Source: a bacterium | GTDB taxonomy: Bacteria; RBG-13-61-14; DATKZS01 | Assembly: GCA_046484135.1 (NCBI GenBank) | Contig: JAWOBU010000081.1 | Span: 1 to 34,888, forward strand | DNA length: 34,888 bases | Reading direction: 5' to 3' | Shown here: one piece after another, positions 26,594 to 34,888 of the stretch | Layout: each line of letters starts with the position of its first letter | Position numbering within the stretch: position 1 is the stretch's first letter | Position numbers and translations under genes: made by a program | Notes under the pieces: generated by a model | Database searches by the model: none | The model's input: the letters and a program-made list of their open reading frames with translations, nothing else | Told to the model about the DNA's origin: nothing

Positions 26594-27244
26594 ATGGGTG
26601 TCGAGGACGTCCTTTTTGAGAGGCTGGGTAAGGTTTTCCCGCCGGGAACCGTGTTGTTCCGGGAGGGAGAGCGAGGCAAAGAGATGTTTGTCATCCAAAG
26701 CGGAAAAGTGAAGATTTCCAAGGAGGTCAGGGGAGAGGAACAGACCCTGGCCAACATAGGTACGGGAGAGTTCTTCGGCGAGATGGCCATCTTGAACAAC
26801 AAGCCCAGGTCGGCCACCGCCACCGTGGTCGAGGAGTCCAAGATGCTCGTCATTGACCCCAAGACCTTCGAGTCCATGGTCCGCGGAAACACCGAGATCG
26901 CGGTACGCATGATCAAGAAGCTGGCCCAGCGGCTCCAGGAAGCGGACGACCAGATCGAAAGCCTCATGCTCAAGGACTCGAACAGCAGGGTCGTCCATAC
27001 CCTGACCAGGCTGGCCGACACCATGGGCAAAAAGGAGGAAGGCGGGATCAAACTGGACACCTCTGTATCTGACCTGGCCGGCAAATGCGGCCTGGACACC
27101 GACCAGGTCCAGGAGGTTCTAAAGAAGATAGAAAAAGCCGGACTGTTGCAGCTAAAAGACGGCGGCATCTTCATAGCCAACACCGACAAGCTGAGGAAGT
27201 ACCTCGAGTACCTCAATATGAAGGAGCAGTTCGGAGACCTCTGA
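26594..27244 (+). CDS. Crp/Fnr-family transcriptional regulator (cNMP-binding)
   Basis: LFREGE, GEFFGEMAILNNKPRSATA, C-helix and C-terminal winged HTH; no Fnr-type Cys cluster. Start ATG 26594 follows AGGAGG. Confidence 0.92.
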   Translation: MGVEDVLFERLGKVFPPGTVLFREGERGKEMFVIQSGKVKISKEVRGEEQTLANIGTGEFFGEMAILNNKPRSATATVVEESKMLVIDPKTFESMVRGNTEIAVRMIKKLAQRLQEADDQIESLMLKDSNSRVVHTLTRLADTMGKKEEGGIKLDTSVSDLAGKCGLDTDQVQEVLKKIEKAGLLQLKDGGIFIANTDKLRKYLEYLNMKEQFGDL

Positions 27245-27259
27245 GACGAGGACAGGAAT

Positions 27260-28024
27260 ATGGATGTCAGGGTCCTGGGATGCTATGGCAGAGAAATGCC
27301 CGGATACAGAACGACCTGCTTCATGGTCGAAAACCAACTGCTCATTGACGCAGGAGCGGCAACCACTGCCCTGCCCCTGAAGGACCAGATCAAGATAAAC
27401 GCCATACTCCTCACTCATTCCCACCTCGATCATATAAGGGACCTGGCATTTCTGCCGGACAACGTCTTTGGAAAAAGAGACGCGCCCCTAAAAATCTGCG
27501 GGCTCGCGCCCACCATCAGAGCAGTGAGGGAACACGTTTTCAACCATAGACTGTGGCCGGACTTCAGCACTCTCCCGGACGAAGACAACCCGGTCATCAA
27601 CTTTCGGGAGCTTGTGGAAGGCGAGACAACCTTGATCGAGGGGTTTGAAGTAACACCGGTAAAGGTAAATCACGTAGTGCCTGCGGCAGGCTTCCTGGTG
27701 AAGAAACAGGGAAAGGGGTTTCTTTTCTCCGGCGACACCGGCCCCACCACCGACCTGTGGGAGAAGCTCTCCGAAGAGGACCAGGTATCGGCGGTTTTCC
27801 TCGAGACAACCTATCCGGACCGGATGGAGGAAAGAGCACAGGCCACCGGTCATCTGACACCGACCGGCGCCCGGCAGGAGATCGAGAAGGCGGACAAGGA
27901 CGGGCTCAAGGTATATCTTTTCCACTTCATGCCCCAGTATCTGAAAGAAATAACCTACGAGGTAGAAGCGGCCGAGACCGGTTTTAACGCTCTTAAGCAG
28001 GGAGACCATATCCTGGTAAGCTGA
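27260..28024 (+). CDS. Class II (MBL-fold) 3',5'-cyclic-nucleotide phosphodiesterase-like protein
   Basis: VLGCYG, IDAG, LTHSHLDHI, VFNHRLWPDF, VNHVVP, FSGDTG and GHLTP; cyclase and CRP context supports the call. Confidence 0.82.
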   Translation: MDVRVLGCYGREMPGYRTTCFMVENQLLIDAGAATTALPLKDQIKINAILLTHSHLDHIRDLAFLPDNVFGKRDAPLKICGLAPTIRAVREHVFNHRLWPDFSTLPDEDNPVINFRELVEGETTLIEGFEVTPVKVNHVVPAAGFLVKKQGKGFLFSGDTGPTTDLWEKLSEEDQVSAVFLETTYPDRMEERAQATGHLTPTGARQEIEKADKDGLKVYLFHFMPQYLKEITYEVEAAETGFNALKQGDHILVS

Positions 28025-28029
28025 AGTTG

Positions 28030-30201
28030 ATGACACTCACCTTTTCAATCCTCGAAGCAAGAACCTGGATCGCCATCCTGGCAACGATGTGTCTTTTCGC
28101 TGCCGGCACGACCCGGCAGGCCACTGCACAGGAGAGTCCAGCGCCACCCGGCCTCTCCATGCCCGACACCGCCGAGCCCGTCAACCTAACCGCGGACCAG
28201 GTGACCTGGGACCGGGAAGAGAACCTGATCGTGCTTACCGGAGCGGTGGTTATAACCCACCCCGACTACCGGGTGGAGGCCCGGCAGGCCCGGGCCTACC
28301 TGGATGAAAACCTGATCCGTGCCGCGGGCGAGGTCACCGTCTACCGGCTGGAAAGAGGAGAGAAGAAAGAGATACTGAAAGCCGACGAGGTCGATCTCGA
28401 CACCACCAATGGCACCGGCTACATGGTGCATGCAAGGCTCCGGATTCCGTGGGGGCGCACCCAGTTCAGGTTCGCCGGCAAGAGGTTCCAGAGGATTGAC
28501 GAGCACACCTACCTTATAGAAGAAGGTTCCTTCACCTGGTGTGATTGCGAAAAAGACGAGTCCCCCGACTGGTCGGTGGAGGCGGATAACATCGAGGCGG
28601 ACACCGAGGGGGACGTGGTCTGCCAGGGCGCCCGTATCCATGTCCGGGACGTGCCCGTGCTCGCGCTTCCCTACTTCCGGTACCCCATCACCACCGAGCG
28701 CAAATCCGGATTCTTGTTTCCGGAGATCGAAACATCCAGCTCCGACGGTTACCAGTTCGAGCTGCCTTATTACTGGGTGATAAGCCGGAGCACCGACCTT
28801 ACCGTGATGCCGAGATACATCGAGGAGAGAGGACTGGACCTGGGCGCCGAAGGAAGATACAACTACGGCGACATCGCCCGCGGCGAGCTCCGGGCCTTCG
28901 GTATAGACGACAGCCAGGCACACCGCATGAGAGAAGGCGCCAGGCTCATCCATCGGACCGAGTTCGGCGACGTGTTTACCGCGGCAACCGATTGGGTCTA
29001 CATCTCCGACAACGAAGTGCTCCAGGACTTCGATCATCGCGACATGGGAGATGAAAACAAGCGGGCCCTGGAATCAAGAATGCTTCTCGCCTACCACCAG
29101 CCCACCATGAACGTTACCGCCGAGTTCTCCGTGTTCGACGACCTCATGGGCGGAGACATAAGAGAAAGCCCCTTGGGAAACGACAGGGACGACATGATGG
29201 TCCAGAGGCTGCCCGCGCTCCACTACACCCTGCTGACCACGCCGCTTATCGGACCGCTCATGTTCGACCTGCAAGGAGACGCCGTAAACTACTGGCGCCA
29301 GGACGTGAGCGCGGGCAGGGGACAGCTCTTCTCTCTTTATCCCAGGCTCGCCCTGCCCTATCGCTTCTTTGACGCCATAGACTTCTGGATGACAGCGGGA
29401 TACCAGCAGTGGGCGCTCGCGCCCGATCCCGATTACCACTCCACCTCCTCCTTCACGGGAAGACCGAGGGCGGAGCTCTATACCTCGGCCCAATGGCAGC
29501 GCATCTACAACACGGAGGACCGGGTCCTGCGCCACAACATAAGGCCGGCCATTGTCGCCTATTACGAAGGTGAACCTCAAAGCCCGGACGATGATTTCTT
29601 TACCGGCATCATACCATCGCGGGCCACCGAGCTCGCCGGAGTCCACCTCGACTCCAGGCTATGGTCCCGGCCCGCCGACAAGCCCGGAAAAAGGCCGGTC
29701 GAGTCCGCCCGCCTCGAGCTCACTCAGCTTTACGACTTCGAAAGGGACCGGTGGCGGGACGTGCGTTTTCAAGCAAGGCTCGGAGCGCCCTACCCCTGGC
29801 GGGTCTACCTGGACGACTACTATAGCTGGGAAAACGGCGAGTGGAGCCGGGCCATCGCCCGGGTAGGATACCTGTTTACCGACCGGACCGAACTCAGGCT
29901 CGGCTACCGGTACGACTCCGGCGAGGTCATCTCACCCTACTTCGAGTTCGAGTCCCTGCCGGAAGAGGCGCTTACCGGCACGGCAATAGTGGGAATCACG
30001 CCCAGACACCTGGTCGAGTACAGGTCCTACTACTCGCTCGAGTACGAACAGATAATAAGGCAAAGTCTCGAGTTCGACTACATCGCCAGACAGAAATGCT
30101 GGGGAATGAATTTACGGGTCTCAGACCGCATCAGGCCCTCCGACCCCGAGGGAGACCACGAAGTGAGCGCCTCCGCCAACGTGCGCATTATAACCCCATA
30201 A
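28030..30201 (+). CDS. lptD: LPS-assembly protein LptD
   Basis: OstA-like N-terminal domain, FTWCDC...PDW, PVLALPY...RKSGFLFP, LPYYW, QRLP, aromatic beta-barrel pattern and C-terminal CW. Start uncertain (28030 or 28087). Confidence 0.88.
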   Translation: MTLTFSILEARTWIAILATMCLFAAGTTRQATAQESPAPPGLSMPDTAEPVNLTADQVTWDREENLIVLTGAVVITHPDYRVEARQARAYLDENLIRAAGEVTVYRLERGEKKEILKADEVDLDTTNGTGYMVHARLRIPWGRTQFRFAGKRFQRIDEHTYLIEEGSFTWCDCEKDESPDWSVEADNIEADTEGDVVCQGARIHVRDVPVLALPYFRYPITTERKSGFLFPEIETSSSDGYQFELPYYWVISRSTDLTVMPRYIEERGLDLGAEGRYNYGDIARGELRAFGIDDSQAHRMREGARLIHRTEFGDVFTAATDWVYISDNEVLQDFDHRDMGDENKRALESRMLLAYHQPTMNVTAEFSVFDDLMGGDIRESPLGNDRDDMMVQRLPALHYTLLTTPLIGPLMFDLQGDAVNYWRQDVSAGRGQLFSLYPRLALPYRFFDAIDFWMTAGYQQWALAPDPDYHSTSSFTGRPRAELYTSAQWQRIYNTEDRVLRHNIRPAIVAYYEGEPQSPDDDFFTGIIPSRATELAGVHLDSRLWSRPADKPGKRPVESARLELTQLYDFERDRWRDVRFQARLGAPYPWRVYLDDYYSWENGEWSRAIARVGYLFTDRTELRLGYRYDSGEVISPYFEFESLPEEALTGTAIVGITPRHLVEYRSYYSLEYEQIIRQSLEFDYIARQKCWGMNLRVSDRIRPSDPEGDHEVSASANVRIITP

Positions 30202-30218
30202 GGCAAACGAAAGAAGAC

Positions 30219-31127
30219 ATGCCCGAAAAAAACGCCTCCCGGAAACTTCGTTGGAAAGGATTCAAAGGCAGAGTATCAGATTCTATAACCATTGACCCAA
30301 TCATCGAGATGATCGGGGATGACCCCCTTTGCACCCTCCCCCGAAGCTCGGCCGCCGACTTCATAAAAGCCAAGAACGACAAGGGGAGCAAAGTCTACCG
30401 GGCCTTTCTGGACCTCGGCCACGGGGAAGAAGAAGTGTTTATAAAAACCTTCAGCCAGAAACAAACCTGGCAGATCATGATGCAAAGGATGCGGGAAAGA
30501 CCGCATCAAAAAAAGCCTCACCACTATCTTGTAAAGCTCGCCAAGCTGCTGTATCAGCCCGCCCTGGCAAAAAGGTGCTGGAAAATGTCCGCCATCTGCC
30601 AAAAAGCCGGCCTACCGGTGGCCGAGCCCCTTCTATACATGAGTCGCCGAAAGAGAGGCTTCCGGGAAGAGGTCCTGGCGGTAAAAGGCGTAAACCCCAG
30701 AAGTGCCCCCGACGCCAGGCAGCACTTCATGAGCTTCTTCTCTGCTCCCCCGGATAAAAATACCCTGCAGAAAAAGCGGGAGACCCTGTCCATACTCGGC
30801 CGAACCATACGCACCATCCGCCGGAGCTCGGTAATGCTGCCCGACTTGAAGCTGCACAACATGGTGCTTCGGGAGCCGCCCGGAGAAAAACCCTCCTTCG
30901 TGCTGGTGGACCTTTCCGAGGCCTTCCGGAAAAAAGGGCCGTACCCCGAAACAACTCTCCTGGAAAGGTTCAGCATCCACGTACTGCGACTTCCATGCTT
31001 TACCGGCACCGACCAGGTACGCCTGGTAAAAGCCTACCTGGAAGCGGAAAACGATCCGAGACCCTGGCGGGAAATCTGCCGGCAAATTTATGAGAGGGCC
31101 CGCCAACAAGGCCGTTCTCCGGGTTGA
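30219..31127 (+). CDS. Lipopolysaccharide kinase (Kdo/WaaP/InaA-like) family protein
   Basis: VFIK (Lys), GLPVAEPL, DLKLHN catalytic loop, LVDL, and DQVRLVKAYL. Start at ATG 30219 because the longer ORF overlaps lptD. Confidence 0.75.
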   Translation: MPEKNASRKLRWKGFKGRVSDSITIDPIIEMIGDDPLCTLPRSSAADFIKAKNDKGSKVYRAFLDLGHGEEEVFIKTFSQKQTWQIMMQRMRERPHQKKPHHYLVKLAKLLYQPALAKRCWKMSAICQKAGLPVAEPLLYMSRRKRGFREEVLAVKGVNPRSAPDARQHFMSFFSAPPDKNTLQKKRETLSILGRTIRTIRRSSVMLPDLKLHNMVLREPPGEKPSFVLVDLSEAFRKKGPYPETTLLERFSIHVLRLPCFTGTDQVRLVKAYLEAENDPRPWREICRQIYERARQQGRSPG

Positions 31128-31264
31128 CAACATCAGCCGGGAGTGGTTACATAAAAACCTCGGCAACTCATCTGCTTCGTGGCCATTGGCTTTCCGGGAA
31201 TTGCACAGGAAGAAAGTCTGACGCCCGCGGACCGGTCATGAAGACATCTTAAAGGAGGCTGCAA

Positions 31265-32230
31265 ATGTTTCAGACCCGTGTTACCAGTAAGCTGGGAATC
31301 AAATACCCCATCATAGGCGGAACCATGATGTGGCTTTCCGAACCGCAGTTTGTCGCCGCCATCTCCGAGGCAGGCGCCCTGGGCATCATCTGCTCCGCCA
31401 TGTACAAGTCCGAAGACGAGTTCCGGGATGCGGTATGCGAAACCAAACGGCTTACCGACAAGCCGGTGGCATGTAACCTGAACCTCTTTCCGGCCATGCG
31501 GCCCATTGACAACAACGTGTACCTGGACGTGCTCCTGGAAGAAGGCATAAATATCGTCGAGACCTCCGGGCACAAGGCCCCGGAAGACCTGGCACAGCGC
31601 TTCAAGGAGAACGGGGTAACCTGGATTCACAAGTGCGTAGGGCTCCGATATGCCAAGAAGGCCGTGTCCCTGGGCGCGGACATGGTAACCGTGGTGGGGT
31701 TTGAAAACGGCGGCGCCACCGGAGTCCTGGACATAGGTACCTTTGTGCTCATCCCGAGGGTGGCCGAAGCCCTGGACGTGCCGGTCATCGGCGGAGGCGG
31801 CGTATCGGACGGAAGAGGGATGGTTGCCGCCATGGCGCTGGGAGCGGAGGCCGTGATCATGGGTACCAGGCTTCTGCTCTCAGAAGAATGCCCCATCCAC
31901 CACAACCTGAAAAACGCCCTTCAACAAGCGCAAGAGACCGACACCGTGCTCATCATGAGGTCCATCGGAAACACCCACCGCATCTGGAAGAACAAGAAAG
32001 CCGACACTATCGTGGACATGGAAAAGAACAACGCTTCCCTGGAAAAGCTGGTCAAGGCAGCGTCCGGACAGCACGACCGGGAGATGTTCCAGTCGGGGGA
32101 CACCGAGCAGGGCCTTATCTCCGCGGGCCAGGGGATAGGGCTCGTGCACGATATCAAACCGGTAAAAGACATCATCGAACAGATCATGAACGAAGGACGC
32201 GGCCTGGTGGACAGTATCTGCAAAGGATAA
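31265..32230 (+). CDS. Nitronate monooxygenase/FabK-like FMN-dependent oxidoreductase
   Basis: LGIKYPII, AAISEAGALG, PVIGGGGVSDGRG, ALGAEAVIMGTR and AGQGIGL; AAGGAGG RBS. Confidence 0.9.
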   Translation: MFQTRVTSKLGIKYPIIGGTMMWLSEPQFVAAISEAGALGIICSAMYKSEDEFRDAVCETKRLTDKPVACNLNLFPAMRPIDNNVYLDVLLEEGINIVETSGHKAPEDLAQRFKENGVTWIHKCVGLRYAKKAVSLGADMVTVVGFENGGATGVLDIGTFVLIPRVAEALDVPVIGGGGVSDGRGMVAAMALGAEAVIMGTRLLLSEECPIHHNLKNALQQAQETDTVLIMRSIGNTHRIWKNKKADTIVDMEKNNASLEKLVKAASGQHDREMFQSGDTEQGLISAGQGIGLVHDIKPVKDIIEQIMNEGRGLVDSICKG

Positions 32231-32264
32231 ACGCAGGCCCGAAAAACCATACCGACAGGGGGGT

Positions 32265-33695
32265 TCAGTATCCCAGCGCCTTCAGTCTCTTTTTCATCTC
32301 CGCGCTTATCTTCTCCTGCTCCGGCTTGTAAGCAGGATACCTCTTCTTAAGCTTCCGAAGCTCCCTCCGAAGGCGCTCCAGAACCTCCGGGTAAGAGGAC
32401 GCCACGTTCTCCAGTTCGTGCGGGTCATGAAGAAGATCATAAAGCGATTCCTCGCCTTCTTCCGTCACTATGTACTTCCACCTTGCAGTCGCAACACCGA
32501 AGCTTACCGGAGGAGGAGCTTCCTCGTCTTCCGCCTTCTCCTTCACCCTTGTCTCCAGCATTATCGAACGGTCCTTTGCATCCGCTTCTCCCCGGATCAG
32601 GGGAACGAGGCTCCTCCCCTTCGCGCGCGGCAGGGAAGTAAGGTTTAAAGCATCCAGAACAGTGGGGGCAAGCTCCATGATGTTGACAAGGCTGTGGACC
32701 TCACGCCCGCTATACCTGCCGTCCGGAAAACGCATGATCACCGGAATGCGTACCGCCTCCTCGTGGACGTTATCGCCATGAACGTAAGTGCCGTGCTCGT
32801 TCAGGCCCTCCCCGTGGTCAGAGGTTACCAGGATAAAACAATCATCATAAAGGCCCCGCTCCTGAAGAAACTCCCAGAAGCCGGCAAGCTCGTCGTCAAT
32901 AAAACGGATGCCCCCGTCGTACTGGTTGATACCTGTAGCAGTGGGCCAAACCCGGCCTTTGTAGGTAAAGGTCGGGGCCTGGTTCCTCGATTCCATTACC
33001 CGCTTGAGCCTCGCGTCCGTCTTATAACGGTCAATATAGCCCGGAGGCGAGTAGTAAGGACCGTGCGCGTCCCAGAAGTGGAGCCAGATAAAAAAGGGCT
33101 TCGTCTTGTCCTGCTCCTCGAGCCAGTTCTCGGCAAGCAGAACAACCTCGTCCGCTCCACGGACATAATTGTTTAAACGGGTCTTGCGGTTCTCCGGACG
33201 CTCGCGCCACAAATTGGAGTAGAACTTGTCAAACCCTTTTTTGATGCCGCCGCCCGGGCGGAATATGCCCGAGCCCATGAAACCCGCGGTCTCGAAACCC
33301 TGACGCTTAAGGTGCGCGGCCAGGTAAGGCACGCGCTCATTCCGGCAGCGCATCCGGTTGTTCAAGACCCCGTGCACCGAAGGAGGCTGAGAAGTAAGAA
33401 GCGAGAAGTGGGCCGGCAAAGTATGGGGCAGAGGGGTATAGCAGTGGTCAAAGGTAACGCCATCCTCGCTTAGAGCCTCGAGCCCCGGGCTGGTGTCCCG
33501 GTAATAGCCGTAGGCGGAAAGATGGTCCTGCCGGACCGTATCCAGAGTGACGAGGATGATACTCGGCGGGAAATCGCGGCCAGGCTGGAGGAAGCAGACA
33601 ATCAATGCCGCCAGCGCGATAAAAGCAGCCGGCACAGCGGCAAAAACGAAAGCACGCTTTTTATTTCTTCGCAAAAATCTGCCCCCACCAGCCAT
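32265..33695 (-). CDS. Sulfatase-like hydrolase/transferase, membrane-anchored
   Basis: LVTLDTVRQDH, TLPAH at the nucleophile position, WLHFWDAHGPY, TSDHGE, HG and C-terminal LKALGY. ATG 33695 is preferred because TTG 33719 lies within the predicted promoter. Confidence 0.88.
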   Translation of the reverse strand: MAGGGRFLRRNKKRAFVFAAVPAAFIALAALIVCFLQPGRDFPPSIILVTLDTVRQDHLSAYGYYRDTSPGLEALSEDGVTFDHCYTPLPHTLPAHFSLLTSQPPSVHGVLNNRMRCRNERVPYLAAHLKRQGFETAGFMGSGIFRPGGGIKKGFDKFYSNLWRERPENRKTRLNNYVRGADEVVLLAENWLEEQDKTKPFFIWLHFWDAHGPYYSPPGYIDRYKTDARLKRVMESRNQAPTFTYKGRVWPTATGINQYDGGIRFIDDELAGFWEFLQERGLYDDCFILVTSDHGEGLNEHGTYVHGDNVHEEAVRIPVIMRFPDGRYSGREVHSLVNIMELAPTVLDALNLTSLPRAKGRSLVPLIRGEADAKDRSIMLETRVKEKAEDEEAPPPVSFGVATARWKYIVTEEGEESLYDLLHDPHELENVASSYPEVLERLRRELRKLKKRYPAYKPEQEKISAEMKKRLKALGY

Positions 33696-33706
33696 CTCTG
33701 GAAAAG

Positions 33707-33735
33707 ATGTTAGAAACAACCACCGGAAGTGTCAA
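33707..33735 (-). promoter_or_regulatory. Putative sigma70 promoter of the sulfatase-like gene
   Basis: Minus strand TTGACA-17 bp-TAACAT ending 11 bp before ATG 33695. Confidence 0.6.
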
Positions 33736-33883
33736 CAAAGAAGAAGGAGTGATGGATAATCTGAAAACGTAAAACTTAGATGCGTTCATGCCCGCATATA
33801 ACCTCAAAACGCGGCCCCAGCTTTTTGGAGTTTTAAAAGCCTTTTGTTAATATTGAGGTCATAGCAAAGACAAGGAGGCTCTC

Positions 33884-34390
33884 TTGCAAAACCCCGACCA
33901 GCCGAAGTTCGAGTACAAGGGCGGGAAGCTGTTCCTGGACAAGGAAGGAAGATGGTTCCACGAGGGAGTGGAGATCACCCACAAGCTCACCGCCGAGCTG
34001 TTCAGCCGCAGCATAAAAAAAGACGAGGATGGAAGGTACGTCCTGGAGGTCGGACAGGAGTGGGCGCCCGTCCAGGTCGAGGATACTCCTTTCATGGTAA
34101 GGCGCGTGGACGTGGGAGAGGACAGCGTCCGGGCGACCTTGAACGACGGGTCCGAAGAAGAACTGGACCTGGACACCCTCCGGATCAACGACCGGAACGT
34201 GCTCTACTGCGACGTCAAGAACAAAGAGTACCCCGCCCGATTTTTAAGGCCCGCCTACTACCAGCTCATGAACCACCTGGTAGAGAACGAAAGCGGCTAC
34301 GCCGTGAAAATAGGCAACCGGAGCTGGCACATTGAAAACTCGGAAAGACAGAAGGAATCATTGCTGTCCAAAACATGGAACGGATGCTGA
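33884..34390 (+). CDS. DUF1285-like protein
   Basis: DKEGRWFHEG, LFSRSI, VQVEDTPF, LYC and ARFLRPAYYQL match my recollection of DUF1285; GGAGG RBS before TTG. Confidence 0.8.
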   Translation: MQNPDQPKFEYKGGKLFLDKEGRWFHEGVEITHKLTAELFSRSIKKDEDGRYVLEVGQEWAPVQVEDTPFMVRRVDVGEDSVRATLNDGSEEELDLDTLRINDRNVLYCDVKNKEYPARFLRPAYYQLMNHLVENESGYAVKIGNRSWHIENSERQKESLLSKTWNGC

Positions 34391-34395
34391 GAATA

Positions 34396-34607
34396 ATTTC
34401 ACGCAAAGGCGCAATGGCGCAAAGAATCGGAAATTTCTTTTTGATTTGAGCTTAAGAAAACAAATGCCGAGTATTGATATGCAAAGCCCTTGTTTTCTGA
34501 GGTGGAGGTCCATTTATAAGCTCTGCCTGAATTGACTCCTGTAAAACACAGGAGAGGCGCAATATTGTTATTATTTTACTTTGCGCCTTCGCGCCTTTGC
34601 GTGAAAT
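34396..34607. repeat. 212-bp element bounded by 29-bp inverted repeats built from 8-bp units
   Basis: ATTTCACGCAAAGGCGCAATGGCGCAAAG (34396-34424) versus the reverse complement of 34579-34607, ATTTCACGCAAAGGCGCGAAGGCGCAAAG: 27 of 29 identical, with an AT-rich core. Confidence 0.8.
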
Positions 34608-34677
34608 AAAATTCTATTCTGGACAAAAGTGAGAAAGAATAATCTTTCAGATCGTAATGTTGCGCCACGCTGCGCAG

Positions 34678-34888
34678 CTAGCCGCCGTTTTTCTCCTCCT
34701 TTACGTATATGCTTGACTCGAGCCCTTGCAAGTCCGGCCACAAGGCCTTGTAAAGCCCGCCCGTGAAAATGGAACCCCCTGACTCGTGCCCGGTAAAACG
34801 GACGCTCTCCCGGTAACCCAGCTTTCCCGCCCGGAGCAGAAGATACGTCTTGTACATCTTTCTTACCTCCGGATGTTCCAGAAGCTCC
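34678..34888 (-). CDS. C-terminal end of an unidentified protein (truncated by the window edge)
   Basis: Open frame from the window end, ELLEHPEVRKMYKTYLLLRAGKLGYRESVRFTGH...SSIYVKEEKNGG, ending at TAG 34678-34680. Confidence 0.6.
   Translation of the reverse strand, partial: ELLEHPEVRKMYKTYLLLRAGKLGYRESVRFTGHESGGSIFTGGLYKALWPDLQGLESSIYVKEEKNGG

Noticed and set aside
20723..28024. Reading the cyclic-nucleotide locus as a Pycsar/CBASS-type anti-phage system
   Set aside because: The cyclase is a membrane CHASE2 sensor with ATP-specifying residues, no TIR, nuclease or pore-forming effector is present, and the context is core envelope genes rather than a defence island.
31187..31206. Possible sigma54 promoter (TGGC...TTGC) upstream of the flavoprotein gene
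   Set aside because: GG to GC spacing is 13 nt instead of the required 10.
34332..34535. 67-aa ORF crossing the inverted-repeat element
   Set aside because: It overlaps the DUF1285-like gene end and the repeat arm and has no recognisable motif.

Overview
A GC-rich chromosomal window from a bacterium whose gene content looks deltaproteobacterial (Desulfobacterota/Myxococcota-like; this taxonomy is inference). Positions 1-8.5 kb (minus strand) hold a partial CxxCxxCC protein, a MaoC-type hydratase, lipA, a secreted GH57 protein, a membrane protein, an ACT protein, a four-subunit 2-oxoacid:ferredoxin oxidoreductase and two hypothetical genes. Positions 8.6-14.4 kb hold an asnB-like amidotransferase, a WecA/MraY-family transferase, an alkaline-phosphatase-superfamily protein with degenerate metal ligands, and an MBL hydrolase. 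A 1.1-kb noncoding stretch (14.4-15.5 kb) contains a repeated-box array, REP-like doublets and a three-level nested MITE with a 5-bp target-site duplication (TSD). Positions 15.5-20.6 kb are ctpA, a divergent polysaccharide deacetylase, xseA and an M23 peptidase. The main candidate system is at 20.7-28.0 kb: a five-gene cyclic-nucleotide module made of a CHASE2 class III adenylate cyclase, a TPR protein with tandem cNMP-binding domains, a GAF-GAF-HD-GYP phosphodiesterase, a CRP-family regulator and a class II cNMP phosphodiesterase. It runs almost without gaps into lptD and an LPS-kinase-like gene. A 20-bp fused-end version of the same MITE, with its own 5-bp TSD, sits in the predicted crp leader. 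The right end has an NMO/FabK-like flavoprotein, a Thr-type sulfatase-like protein, a DUF1285-like protein, a 212-bp inverted-repeat element and a partial CDS. No rRNA, tRNA, CRISPR array or transposase was recognised. All calls come from reading motifs by eye; no database searches were run.
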